DNA of 32,427 nt from a virus (taxonomy: Duplodnaviria > Caudoviricetes). A program made the translations under genes and the position numbers. Shown here in pieces: positions 17,533-25,825 of this stretch (positions within the stretch are counted from its first letter, which is position 1; every line of letters starts with the position of its first letter). The notes under the pieces are model-generated. The model was not told the origin of the DNA and searched no databases. It saw nothing but the letters and a program-made list of their open reading frames with translations. The stretch lies in the IMG/VR virus record IMGVR_UViG_3300044676_000154, positions 1 to 32,427 of that record; one strand, written 5' to 3'.

Positions 17533-19427
17533 ATATCAACCAACTCACAAGCACCAGCAGTACAGGCTAGAGTTTGGCTACCAGAAGTAGTATCTTCCTT
17601 CTCATACAGGGATAAAGCAGTCCAATCAATAGACTCAGGCATCTGTTCCTTAAGTTCTAGGTATTGTTCTTCTTCAATCTCTTGATAGGGAGCCTGTGCA
17701 TAGCTGTGGTCACTGTGAGGTAGGAAAGAAATACCTGAGCAGATGTCAAAGTTCTTGTACACCCAGGCTCCTACTTCCATCCACTCAGCATCCTTGACTG
17801 TAATAGTCACTGATGGTTTATGCTCACACCAGTTCAGTGCATAGTTCTTCCACAGTTCTAGCTGCTCTAGTGCAGTCATATCATTACGAGTAACAGCACC
17901 AGATGGTGACTTAGTAGGGAAGCTGAACACTGTAGTAGAGTCAGGCTTCATCACACATGGTTCAGCAGGGATACCACTGTCCTTCATAAACTGTGTTAGT
18001 GGGTCTTTGTTATCACCACGTACAGTACGAATGTAGTATGCGCTGTGTCGTGCATGGATACCTGAAGCTGTATCAGTTAGCTGCGATACTGTACCACTAG
18101 GTTTAACGCAGGTGATAGCAGTAGAAGCAGTCACACCAAGCTTGTCAGCATAGACACGATTGACATCAATGGCCTGTGCCTTAAGCTCTTGTAGCCAGCG
18201 AGGGCTATCAACAGTCTTAGACAGTACAGCATTGTCCATGATACCTGTAAGGGAGACACCAAGTAGACGTTCTTCTTCAGTATTCTTCTGCCAAATCTTA
18301 CGCAAGTATGGCATCTTAGTAAAGGTAGACTGTGCTGTACCAAGAATAGTAGCTAGGCGTACCTTGCGGCGTAGGCTTTCAAGGTCATCATGCTCACGTA
18401 CCACCACCTCTGTTAGATTACAGAACTGGTAAGGGCGTAGGATAATCTCAGAGCAAGGGTTAGTACCCCACTCATGTCCTGTCTCTCTACGTCCATTCAT
18501 CTTAACGTGGTTGTCTGCTGCTGTACGTGAGAAGATACCACGCTCACCAGACTTAGACTCTACTAGTGAGAGCCACTCACGCATGAACCCTTCCATGTCA
18601 GGCTTGTCTGTGTAGGCTACAGAGTTATTAGCCAACGCACGTTGACCCTCATTCTCCCACCACTGACCAGACTTAGCGTGTGCCATACGTCCATCACTAA
18701 GGTTAGACAGGCTAATCATAGCTGATCTACGCACACCACCAACAACTACTACCTCGCCAATCTTACACATGATGTCGTGGCATTCAATGCTGGTTAGCTT
18801 ACGTCCTGCTGCTACCTTAAACTTAGCTACAACGAACTTGAACAAGTCATCAAGTGGTTCAGGTCCACTAGCTCTACCACCAAAGGTCTTGAGCCTTGCA
18901 CCTGCTGGGCGAATAGCAGACAAGTCCCACTTAGGAATGTCCCCTGAGTACAGATGAGACAGCAGTTTGTGTAATGCTTTAGCCCATCCTTCCTTGCTAT
19001 CCTTAACTGCAATGATATCATCACTGTAGTCTAATGCCTCAGGTACATCAGGTAGCTTGACAATAGACTGACGCTCCACTGAGAAGCCTACACCTGTACC
19101 ACATAGTAGGATAAACATAGCCTCATCAAAGGCACGAATATGATCCACTGGTAGATAGCTACAGTTATAGATACAGGTATTATCTCTGTCTGCTGCTACA
19201 CCTGCTGTCATCAATGCCCTCATAGAAGGCATGACCTCAAGGTTGATGATAGCTTCTTCAATTTCTTCTAAGTCTTTAGGGGGTAGGCCTGTCTTAGCAA
19301 TGTAGTTGATGTATCGCTGCACTGTCTCAGGCCAAGTCTCTCGCCTGTTCTCATCCTCTAGCCATCGTGCATATCTACTGGTGGCAATAAAAGTCTGGTA
19401 GTCTGTTGGTAGGTAATTGTTTCTCAT
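17529..19427 (-). CDS. nrdJ: Class II (adenosylcobalamin-dependent) ribonucleotide reductase
   Basis: SRYARW...RRETW, NC, GTGVGFS, VVGGVRRSA, TNPCSEI, TCVKPSGTVS and a C-terminal CTAGAC redox tail; no beta subunit in the window. Confidence 0.9.
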   Translation of the reverse strand: MRNNYLPTDYQTFIATSRYARWLEDENRRETWPETVQRYINYIAKTGLPPKDLEEIEEAIINLEVMPSMRALMTAGVAADRDNTCIYNCSYLPVDHIRAFDEAMFILLCGTGVGFSVERQSIVKLPDVPEALDYSDDIIAVKDSKEGWAKALHKLLSHLYSGDIPKWDLSAIRPAGARLKTFGGRASGPEPLDDLFKFVVAKFKVAAGRKLTSIECHDIMCKIGEVVVVGGVRRSAMISLSNLSDGRMAHAKSGQWWENEGQRALANNSVAYTDKPDMEGFMREWLSLVESKSGERGIFSRTAADNHVKMNGRRETGHEWGTNPCSEIILRPYQFCNLTEVVVREHDDLESLRRKVRLATILGTAQSTFTKMPYLRKIWQKNTEEERLLGVSLTGIMDNAVLSKTVDSPRWLQELKAQAIDVNRVYADKLGVTASTAITCVKPSGTVSQLTDTASGIHARHSAYYIRTVRGDNKDPLTQFMKDSGIPAEPCVMKPDSTTVFSFPTKSPSGAVTRNDMTALEQLELWKNYALNWCEHKPSVTITVKDAEWMEVGAWVYKNFDICSGISFLPHSDHSYAQAPYQEIEEEQYLELKEQMPESIDWTALSLYEKEDTTSGSQTLACTAGACELVDI

Positions 19428-19744
19428 CTGTTGTCACCACTCCCTTGTAGTACGCCACGTTCCTTGCGGCTTTCTAATTTCTGTATGTTCATTGCAGCTA
19501 TAACTTGTAGGCTATAGTTAATATCCCTAGCCACTGCCGCCACATACCAAAGAACATCTCCTAGTTCTTTGGCAATCTCATGTGCTTCGGCTTTAATATC
19601 TTTACCATCTCGTACAATCTTCTTGATCTTCTCCGCTACCTCACCTGCTTCACCTGCTAGGCCAAGGGTAGGATAGACTAGCTTGTAGTCCTCTGGATAG
19701 ATAGCGGTTTTGTTTGCTCGTTCTTGGTATTCATTGAAGTCCAT
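19424..19744 (-). CDS. mazG: MazG-like NTP pyrophosphohydrolase
   Basis: LGLAGEAGEVAEKIKK...KELGDVLWY...N..KL..R motifs. Confidence 0.92.
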   Translation of the reverse strand: MDFNEYQERANKTAIYPEDYKLVYPTLGLAGEAGEVAEKIKKIVRDGKDIKAEAHEIAKELGDVLWYVAAVARDINYSLQVIAAMNIQKLESRKERGVLQGSGDNR

Positions 19745-20016
19745 TACCAGTTTTTCCCTTTAGTCTTTTCCATTAGCTCAATCATCTTGTTAAGATACCA
19801 CACAGCTTTCTCAGCATCCTGAATAGGATTACCCTTCTTAAACAAGCGTGAACCTGTATACTTAATTACATTACCATGACAGTAGCTGATAGCTTCCCAC
19901 TCACCTAACACATCTACAATGTAGTCAATGGTTTCAATCTTACCATCAGCGTAGTGAGCAGGACTATTAACCATGTCTTGCTGCTTCATGTACTCTTCAT
20001 GCCTTAGGGTGTCCAT
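19744..20016 (-). CDS. T7 gp1.7-like nucleotide kinase (DUF3310 family)
   Basis: DMVNSPAHY...IETIDYI...GNVIKY..R..KG...D.EKA.WYL signature. Confidence 0.88.
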   Translation of the reverse strand: MDTLRHEEYMKQQDMVNSPAHYADGKIETIDYIVDVLGEWEAISYCHGNVIKYTGSRLFKKGNPIQDAEKAVWYLNKMIELMEKTKGKNW

Positions 20017-20714
20017 AAGTATACCTCACCTGTCTCTGTGTTGTACTCACCATCACGTAGGATACGTGCTAGTCGTGCGTTCTCTAGTGCTACTTCTTCT
20101 GAAAGAAACTTGCTATCGTACGTCTTAACGACTGCATCCCAAGAACAATCAACGTCAAGAATTTTCTTGGCAGTGATAGCACCCACAGAAGGGCATCCTT
20201 TATAGTTGTCAGTAGCATCTCCAACCAGCGTTTGATAGAAGAATTGGTAGTCAGCTTGTTCCACTGATTGCTCAACCACTTCCCCATCAATCCAATGCTT
20301 TGCCGGAATAGTAAGTAGGTCTTTATCTTCAGACCAAATAATAGTATCTGTATTCTTAGTACCCAATATCCCCAAGACATCATCTGCCTCCAATCCCTTG
20401 TACATAATAGTGTTGTATGTATCTGTAATATATTCTCTAGCCCAGCCTAGTAGCATAGGCTTGCGTGTGTCCTTACGATTAGCTTTGTAGTAGGGAGCAA
20501 TGTCCTTACGATAGTTTGTCTTATCACTAAGAGCAACAACACAATCCTGAACAGGTGCTTCTAGTAGCTTAGTGATCTGATCTTCAATCCGAATAGCTAC
20601 GTCCTGTTCCCAAGAGTATAGAGTCCACAGTCCATCACCCCAATTAACTGGTGTCTCAGCAGAGGCAGCAGCCTTGTAAGCAATGATGTCACCATCAATA
20701 AGCAGTAGGGTCAT
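20004..20714 (-). CDS. gp6: 5'-3' exonuclease (gp6)
   Basis: LLIDGD, YKANR, LEADD, SEDKDL, GDATDNYKG motifs; likely start MTLLLIDGD at 20714. Confidence 0.95.
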   Translation of the reverse strand: MTLLLIDGDIIAYKAAASAETPVNWGDGLWTLYSWEQDVAIRIEDQITKLLEAPVQDCVVALSDKTNYRKDIAPYYKANRKDTRKPMLLGWAREYITDTYNTIMYKGLEADDVLGILGTKNTDTIIWSEDKDLLTIPAKHWIDGEVVEQSVEQADYQFFYQTLVGDATDNYKGCPSVGAITAKKILDVDCSWDAVVKTYDSKFLSEEVALENARLARILRDGEYNTETGEVYLWTP

Positions 20715-20877
20715 CTTTAATATCCTCTTCCTTCTGAGCATTACGTAGTATACGTAGTCCTGTCTGTACCTGAATGTAGTCTAGGTATGCCTCAACAATC
20801 CACTTAACACTGAGACATATACTGACACTCAGGAATGAGCAGGTTAGTATTAACTTCCATACAAAATCAAAGTCCAT
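20695..20877 (-). CDS. Small membrane protein
   Basis: 60 aa with an N-terminal hydrophobic helix; overlaps both neighbours and fills the gap. Confidence 0.65.
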   Translation of the reverse strand: MDFDFVWKLILTCSFLSVSICLSVKWIVEAYLDYIQVQTGLRILRNAQKEEDIKDDPTAY

Positions 20878-21361
20878 GTGTCATCCTATGTTTAACTAAG
20901 TATTCAAATGCTCTGTGTGCATTGTCAGGATTATCCTGTAGCTGGCCTATGCCTGTGTTACAAGGCTTACATATCCAACCCCTGAATGTGTCACTCTCAT
21001 GGCAGTGGTCAAGTACCCATGTCTGCATAGACTTCTGACCATGCCTACCAATCTCTTGAATGGTACGTGTGCAGATAGGACAGGAGTAGTCGGGATCAGG
21101 ATAGTCATGTTCACTACGTAACTGACGTATCAGTTGCTGGTGTCCTGACTTACATGAGCGACAGGTTCTCTTGATCTCTCCTGACTGCATTACATTATAG
21201 TTAGAGATATCCTGATAGATACCACACTTGATACACTCTACTTCCTCAATGGGTGTCTGACCAGTTTCTTCCATACTTGTATTCGCTGTCAAGTCTGCAC
21301 CTGAAGTTGAAGTGCTTTTCAACATCCCGCATACATCCAAGAATAATTCTCCCTGCTTCAT
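20867..21361 (-). CDS. Endonuclease VII-like (His-Me) nuclease with N-terminal Zn finger
   Basis: CIKC...CRSC, then CPIC...LDHCH...FRGWICKPCNTGIG...DN. Start uncertain; overlaps the DNA pol 3' end. Confidence 0.88.
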   Translation of the reverse strand: MKQGELFLDVCGMLKSTSTSGADLTANTSMEETGQTPIEEVECIKCGIYQDISNYNVMQSGEIKRTCRSCKSGHQQLIRQLRSEHDYPDPDYSCPICTRTIQEIGRHGQKSMQTWVLDHCHESDTFRGWICKPCNTGIGQLQDNPDNAHRAFEYLVKHRMTHGL

Positions 21362-22952
21362 CTTCCTGCCCTTCCTTAACTAGTACCTGCACCTCATCGT
21401 GGATGAATGCTACAATCTGTGCATCAAGTCCTGCCTTCTTAATAGCATCAGCTATAAAGACATACCAGGTTTTGCACACCAACGCTCCGCAACTCTGCAA
21501 GAGGGTATTCAAACTAGCGTGGCTGTGTCGCACAGGAATGATACGTCCATCAATACCCTTGACCCACCCACGTTCATCTGCTGCTTTGGACACAGCATCA
21601 CGTAGCTTCTTTAGTGCTGGAAGTTTCTTCAAGAACTTAGCCTTGATTGCCTTACCTTCCTTCGCACCCCTGCCTATGATCTTGCCTGTCTTCTCATCAC
21701 CTGAACCATACAAGAATCCATAGATGAATGTCTTGGCTTGGTTGCGTGACTCAAGACCGGCAGCTTTTTGATTAGCAGTATGGATGTCACCATTCAAGAC
21801 CACATCAGCGTATGCTCCATCATCATAAGCAGCCATATAATGAGCAAGACAACGTAGCTCAAGACCACTAGCATCAGCACCAAGTAGACTATACCCGCGA
21901 GGAGCGATGAATAATTCTCTACACTCCTTGCCATATGGCGCACCCACGCTTGGTATCTGGGCTGTATTAGGATTGGAATGAGTACACCTAGAGGTAACAG
22001 CACCCATATGGTTGACTCTGCCATGTATCTTTCCACCTCTCTCCATCTTCAGCCATGCTTGCTTACCTGTTGCAAGCTGACCTATACGTTTGTTCAGTAG
22101 TAGATATTCATTTAACATCCTAGCCTCTGGCATATTAATACCAGAGAGGACAGTCTCATCCACCTTAGGCTCACCATTGTCAGTGAATAACTGTGGCTCC
22201 CATCCTCGCTTGATAAGTCTATCAGCAATCTGCATACGTGATGCAGGATTGAATGGGATAGTCTTAGTCTTAGTCTTCATCTCAACTATAGTAGGCTCAA
22301 AGGTTTCTTGTAACTCAGACTCAAGGTCTGCCTTGCGCTGTGCCAAGGTAGAGTATAGTGCCTGTGCTTTTGTTACATCGAAAGGAAATCCTTTCTCTTC
22401 CTGCTCAATCAGCAGTGTGTGTATTCTAGTTTCTAAGTCAAGGGCTGCTTGACTAAAATTTTTTTCAATGATTTTACGATACAACTTTTCTGTAACTGCT
22501 GTATCTTGGATGCAATAGTCCAGCATGGCTGGGGTGTATGTTGCAAAGCTCTCGCTACCAGTATTGAAGTCACCTTTTAATTCTCCTAGTCTGTAGCCCC
22601 ACGCTTTAAGTGAGTGACTCCCAATTAGCTTCATAGGATAGTCACCCTTCTTATGTAGCTTGAAGTCAATCTCTTTAATGTCAGGCCAAATTGTTCTAGA
22701 GTATACCAACGTATCAATGATAGTACCAGTGTACTCAAAGCCATGTAGTTTCTTTAACGCTCGTAGATCATAGTCAATAATGTTATGACCTATTAGTGTG
22801 TCAGCTTGGCTTAGTAGTTCTAGTCCTTCCTTGATCTTGTTAGGGTCAAAGGCTTGTACTTCATCTGTGTCCACATCTCTAACTACGATGCACCACAACT
22901 GAGTAATGTCATCTAGTAGATTGTCTGCTTCAATATCAAATACTAATCTCAT
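21246..22952 (-). CDS. gp5: Family A DNA polymerase with 3'-5' exonuclease (gp5)
   Basis: FDIE, GHNIIDYD, YCIQD, DASGLELR, RNQAKTFIYGFLYG and HDE motifs; likely start MRLVFDIE with GGAG SD. Confidence 0.97.
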   Translation of the reverse strand: MRLVFDIEADNLLDDITQLWCIVVRDVDTDEVQAFDPNKIKEGLELLSQADTLIGHNIIDYDLRALKKLHGFEYTGTIIDTLVYSRTIWPDIKEIDFKLHKKGDYPMKLIGSHSLKAWGYRLGELKGDFNTGSESFATYTPAMLDYCIQDTAVTEKLYRKIIEKNFSQAALDLETRIHTLLIEQEEKGFPFDVTKAQALYSTLAQRKADLESELQETFEPTIVEMKTKTKTIPFNPASRMQIADRLIKRGWEPQLFTDNGEPKVDETVLSGINMPEARMLNEYLLLNKRIGQLATGKQAWLKMERGGKIHGRVNHMGAVTSRCTHSNPNTAQIPSVGAPYGKECRELFIAPRGYSLLGADASGLELRCLAHYMAAYDDGAYADVVLNGDIHTANQKAAGLESRNQAKTFIYGFLYGSGDEKTGKIIGRGAKEGKAIKAKFLKKLPALKKLRDAVSKAADERGWVKGIDGRIIPVRHSHASLNTLLQSCGALVCKTWYVFIADAIKKAGLDAQIVAFIHDEVQVLVKEGQEDEAGRIILGCMRDVEKHFNFRCRLDSEYKYGRNWSDTH

Positions 22953-22970
22953 ACTGTGTCTCCGCACTAG

Positions 22971-24590
22971 TTAAAAGGGTATGTCTTCTATGTCCTCATC
23001 GTCAAAGTAAGTCTCAACCATACGTCCTGTATCTTTCTTGTACTCAAGCGCACAGCATAAGCCTGTCTCACCTGACCACCTATTCTTCAACACACGTACC
23101 TGACTTACATTAGAGTTGTCGTTGTCCTGCTGGTTGCGTTCCAATCCAATAACAATATCAGATAGCTGACCAATAGCAGCACTACCACGTAGCTGTGACA
23201 TAGATGTTTGTGCGCCATCCTCATGTCCTCTGTCACCAGATGGACGCTTGAGGTGAGACACAAGTATCATGCCGCAGTTAAGTTCTTCAACAAGAGAACG
23301 CAAGGCAGTCATGGTGTTGTCAATTATTCTACGTTCATCACCACCTTCCAAGCCTGATACAACAATGCTAAGGTGGTCAAGAATAATGTAGTCGCACTCA
23401 CAACCACGCACAAGGTAACGTATCTTGGATAGAAGGTTATCGCTATCAGTACTGCCCCAATGGTCATATAAGAAAACCCTACCAGACCCAACTGTAGCAT
23501 CAAACGCATGACGTAACTCCTCTTCTGGTGTGTCATCATGTTGTAGGTGGAGAGGTTTGTTTAGCTCAATGGACATCAGACCTAGTGAGGTACGCTTGAC
23601 GTTCTCCTCTAGTGCTATGTATCCAATGGTCTGCCCATGCTTGATGAAGCTGTGTGCAAACTCTCTAGCTAACTGGCTCTTCCCTATGCCACTACCTGCT
23701 GTTAGCGTGACGATCTCACCACGCCTACAACCACCAGTTTTTTCTTGGATTCCTGGATATGGGTAAGGCACTGATGCCTTGTCATCCTTTTGAATAACCA
23801 AGTCCCATACCTCAGTACCAGCTACGATACCATCAGGTCTGAATACCTTGGCCTCAAACAAAGCATCAATCAGTTCCTTTACCTTACCAGCTACCAGCAT
23901 TTCGTTGGCATCCTTGTATGGCTCAGGTAACCTTACGATCTTAGCCTTGTTAGGTGGGAGCATGGCAGCACACTCCATTGCTGCTCGTTGTCCCTGCTCA
24001 TCCATGTCAAAGCATAGCACCACATGGTCAAACTTACTGAGCCACTCAATAGATTTACCTATTGCTTTCTTGGCACTGTTGCAGCCTGATGGTACTGAGA
24101 CACTTGCCCACTTGTTACCATTAGCTTGGGACACAGACATAGCATCTAGCTCACCCTCACATATAGTAACGAACCTGCCACCATCTCGCCACAGATGCTC
24201 ACCAAACAAGCCAACCTGTTTGATGTTACCTAGTACTGAGAAGTCTTTGTTAGCAAAGCGTACCTTCTGTGCGTGGAGTACACCATACGCATCACGATAG
24301 TTTGCTACCTGTACCTTCTGTCCTCTGTATGTGGATACACCATAGCCCCACATCTGGCAGGTCTGTTGTGTTAGTCCACGTTTCTTTAGCTCCTTGAAGT
24401 CAAGGTCTAAGAACACACTATCGTCTGTCTCTATAGCTGTCACTGCTTGTACCTCATCTGGTGGAGTATAGGTTTCACAAGAGAAGCAGAAGGAATGCCC
24501 ATCTGTATACAGACTATTGGCATCCCTACTACCACAGTGAGGACAAGGCGTGTGCCTTAGGAACTCACTCTCATCAGTCATCAGTACCAT
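22971..24590 (-). CDS. gp4: DNA primase-helicase (gp4)
   Basis: CPHC/CFSC Zn domain, TOPRIM EGELD and DMD, Walker A GSGIGKS, ILDHL, LRGSAAIGQLSD, acidic tail. Start could be 24581. Confidence 0.97.
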   Translation of the reverse strand: MVLMTDESEFLRHTPCPHCGSRDANSLYTDGHSFCFSCETYTPPDEVQAVTAIETDDSVFLDLDFKELKKRGLTQQTCQMWGYGVSTYRGQKVQVANYRDAYGVLHAQKVRFANKDFSVLGNIKQVGLFGEHLWRDGGRFVTICEGELDAMSVSQANGNKWASVSVPSGCNSAKKAIGKSIEWLSKFDHVVLCFDMDEQGQRAAMECAAMLPPNKAKIVRLPEPYKDANEMLVAGKVKELIDALFEAKVFRPDGIVAGTEVWDLVIQKDDKASVPYPYPGIQEKTGGCRRGEIVTLTAGSGIGKSQLAREFAHSFIKHGQTIGYIALEENVKRTSLGLMSIELNKPLHLQHDDTPEEELRHAFDATVGSGRVFLYDHWGSTDSDNLLSKIRYLVRGCECDYIILDHLSIVVSGLEGGDERRIIDNTMTALRSLVEELNCGMILVSHLKRPSGDRGHEDGAQTSMSQLRGSAAIGQLSDIVIGLERNQQDNDNSNVSQVRVLKNRWSGETGLCCALEYKKDTGRMVETYFDDEDIEDIPF

Positions 24591-24819
24591 TCCTTAACAT
24601 ACGTGCTACATATTCCAGCCCATCTGCTATGCTCTCAAGTACATCATCAGGATATTTATCCTCATCCTCTAGCATACTCAAGGCCATGTCCTCATAGTAT
24701 GCCAGTTGTTTAAACTCAAGGTCATCCACGTAAATGGATACACTCAAGCCACGATCAGTAAACTCTGCATTCATATCTATCTCAGAGATTACTTCTTCCT
24801 TGACATCAATTACACTCAT
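24574..24819 (-). CDS. Acidic hypothetical protein (81 aa)
   Basis: Start moved to MSVIDVKEE (AAGGAG SD); overlaps both neighbours. Confidence 0.75.
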   Translation of the reverse strand: MSVIDVKEEVISEIDMNAEFTDRGLSVSIYVDDLEFKQLAYYEDMALSMLEDEDKYPDDVLESIADGLEYVARMLRNGTDD

Positions 24820-25186
24820 GTAACCACTCCTTAGGTATAGTTCCTTCTGCCCAGACAAAACCTTGTCGGTCTGCCCACTCACCACAGGTCATCTTAGTAC
24901 CATCCTTCCTCTTCTTAGCACCCTGTATTGTAGCGTCTGCCTTCTGAAAGACAAAGCGTACATCCAAGTCAGGATACTGTGCCTTGATTGCCTTCATCTT
25001 GCGCTGGCTATCCTGTCTGAGATAGCCCTTAAGTTCTACAATCATTGTGCCTACTGCTAGGTCAGGGATGTAGTGACGTTCCACATAGTAGGCCAGCTTC
25101 TCTGGCTCATACACATAGGGAACGCCACGTTCATCAAGGTCTTGGATGACCCTTGCCTCAAAAGTCCCCTTCGTCATTGGCAACAT
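24806..25186 (-). CDS. gp3: Endonuclease I / Holliday junction resolvase (gp3)
   Basis: FE..V...L, YE, YIPD, IVELKG, PDLDVRFVF and WA...GF motifs; start 25186 or 25177. Confidence 0.93.
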   Translation of the reverse strand: MLPMTKGTFEARVIQDLDERGVPYVYEPEKLAYYVERHYIPDLAVGTMIVELKGYLRQDSQRKMKAIKAQYPDLDVRFVFQKADATIQGAKKRKDGTKMTCGEWADRQGFVWAEGTIPKEWLHECN

Positions 25187-25793
25187 CAGAGTTATTGTGG
25201 TCATCAAAGATATCAGAGGCATCATCCTTCGCTACTGCGGTGGAGACAAAGCCTTCCTCTTCATCAAAGATGTTAGCACCCTTGGCATACTCAACCAAGT
25301 CAATGACTTGTACTGCCTTGAGGCGTAGGCTTACACCAACTGACTTGCTTGACTGCATCAGGTATGGAGCAGGGTCTGCTGCTACCTTAATGACTGAGCC
25401 ATTACCAATCAATGTGGCCTTGGTTAATGGGTTGCGTTTGGAATCTACCACCACAGGTTTCATGTTGAAGGTCTTGCCATCACGTGACTTGACTACAGCT
25501 TTCATCTTAGCGCGGAAGCGTAGGTTGCCAGTGGGGTTACCATCTTCATCTACTTCTGGTTGATAGGGAGTAGCTGTGGACAGGACTGCCTTTAGCTTAG
25601 GCTGTTCCTTGACAACCTTAGCATGATGCTCATTCACCACTGCGTCTAGTTGTTCACACAATTCTGCTGCTTCTGTTTCTGGAACCATGACATCTACAGT
25701 GTAGACACCATCAGGATCAAAGTGTGTGTCAGGCTCAAAGACCTTCGCCCACATTGCTTTACCTTTAATGACAATCATATGTTTCTCCTTCAT
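25158..25793 (-). CDS. gp2.5: Single-stranded DNA-binding protein (gp2.5)
   Basis: PDT.F, IGNGS, GVSLRLKAVQVIDLVEY and an acidic C-tail ending in F. Confidence 0.95.
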   Translation of the reverse strand: MKEKHMIVIKGKAMWAKVFEPDTHFDPDGVYTVDVMVPETEAAELCEQLDAVVNEHHAKVVKEQPKLKAVLSTATPYQPEVDEDGNPTGNLRFRAKMKAVVKSRDGKTFNMKPVVVDSKRNPLTKATLIGNGSVIKVAADPAPYLMQSSKSVGVSLRLKAVQVIDLVEYAKGANIFDEEEGFVSTAVAKDDASDIFDDHNNSDVANDEGDF

Positions 25794-25806
25794 GTTTGTC
25801 TGTTGG

Positions 25807-25823
25807 CTAGAGGGGTACTTTAG
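25807..25823 (-). promoter_or_regulatory. Putative phage RNAP promoter (replication genes)
   Basis: CTAAAGTACCCCTCTAG between the RNAP stop and the SSB start, the position of T7 phi1.1. Confidence 0.75.
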
Positions 25824-25825
25824 GA

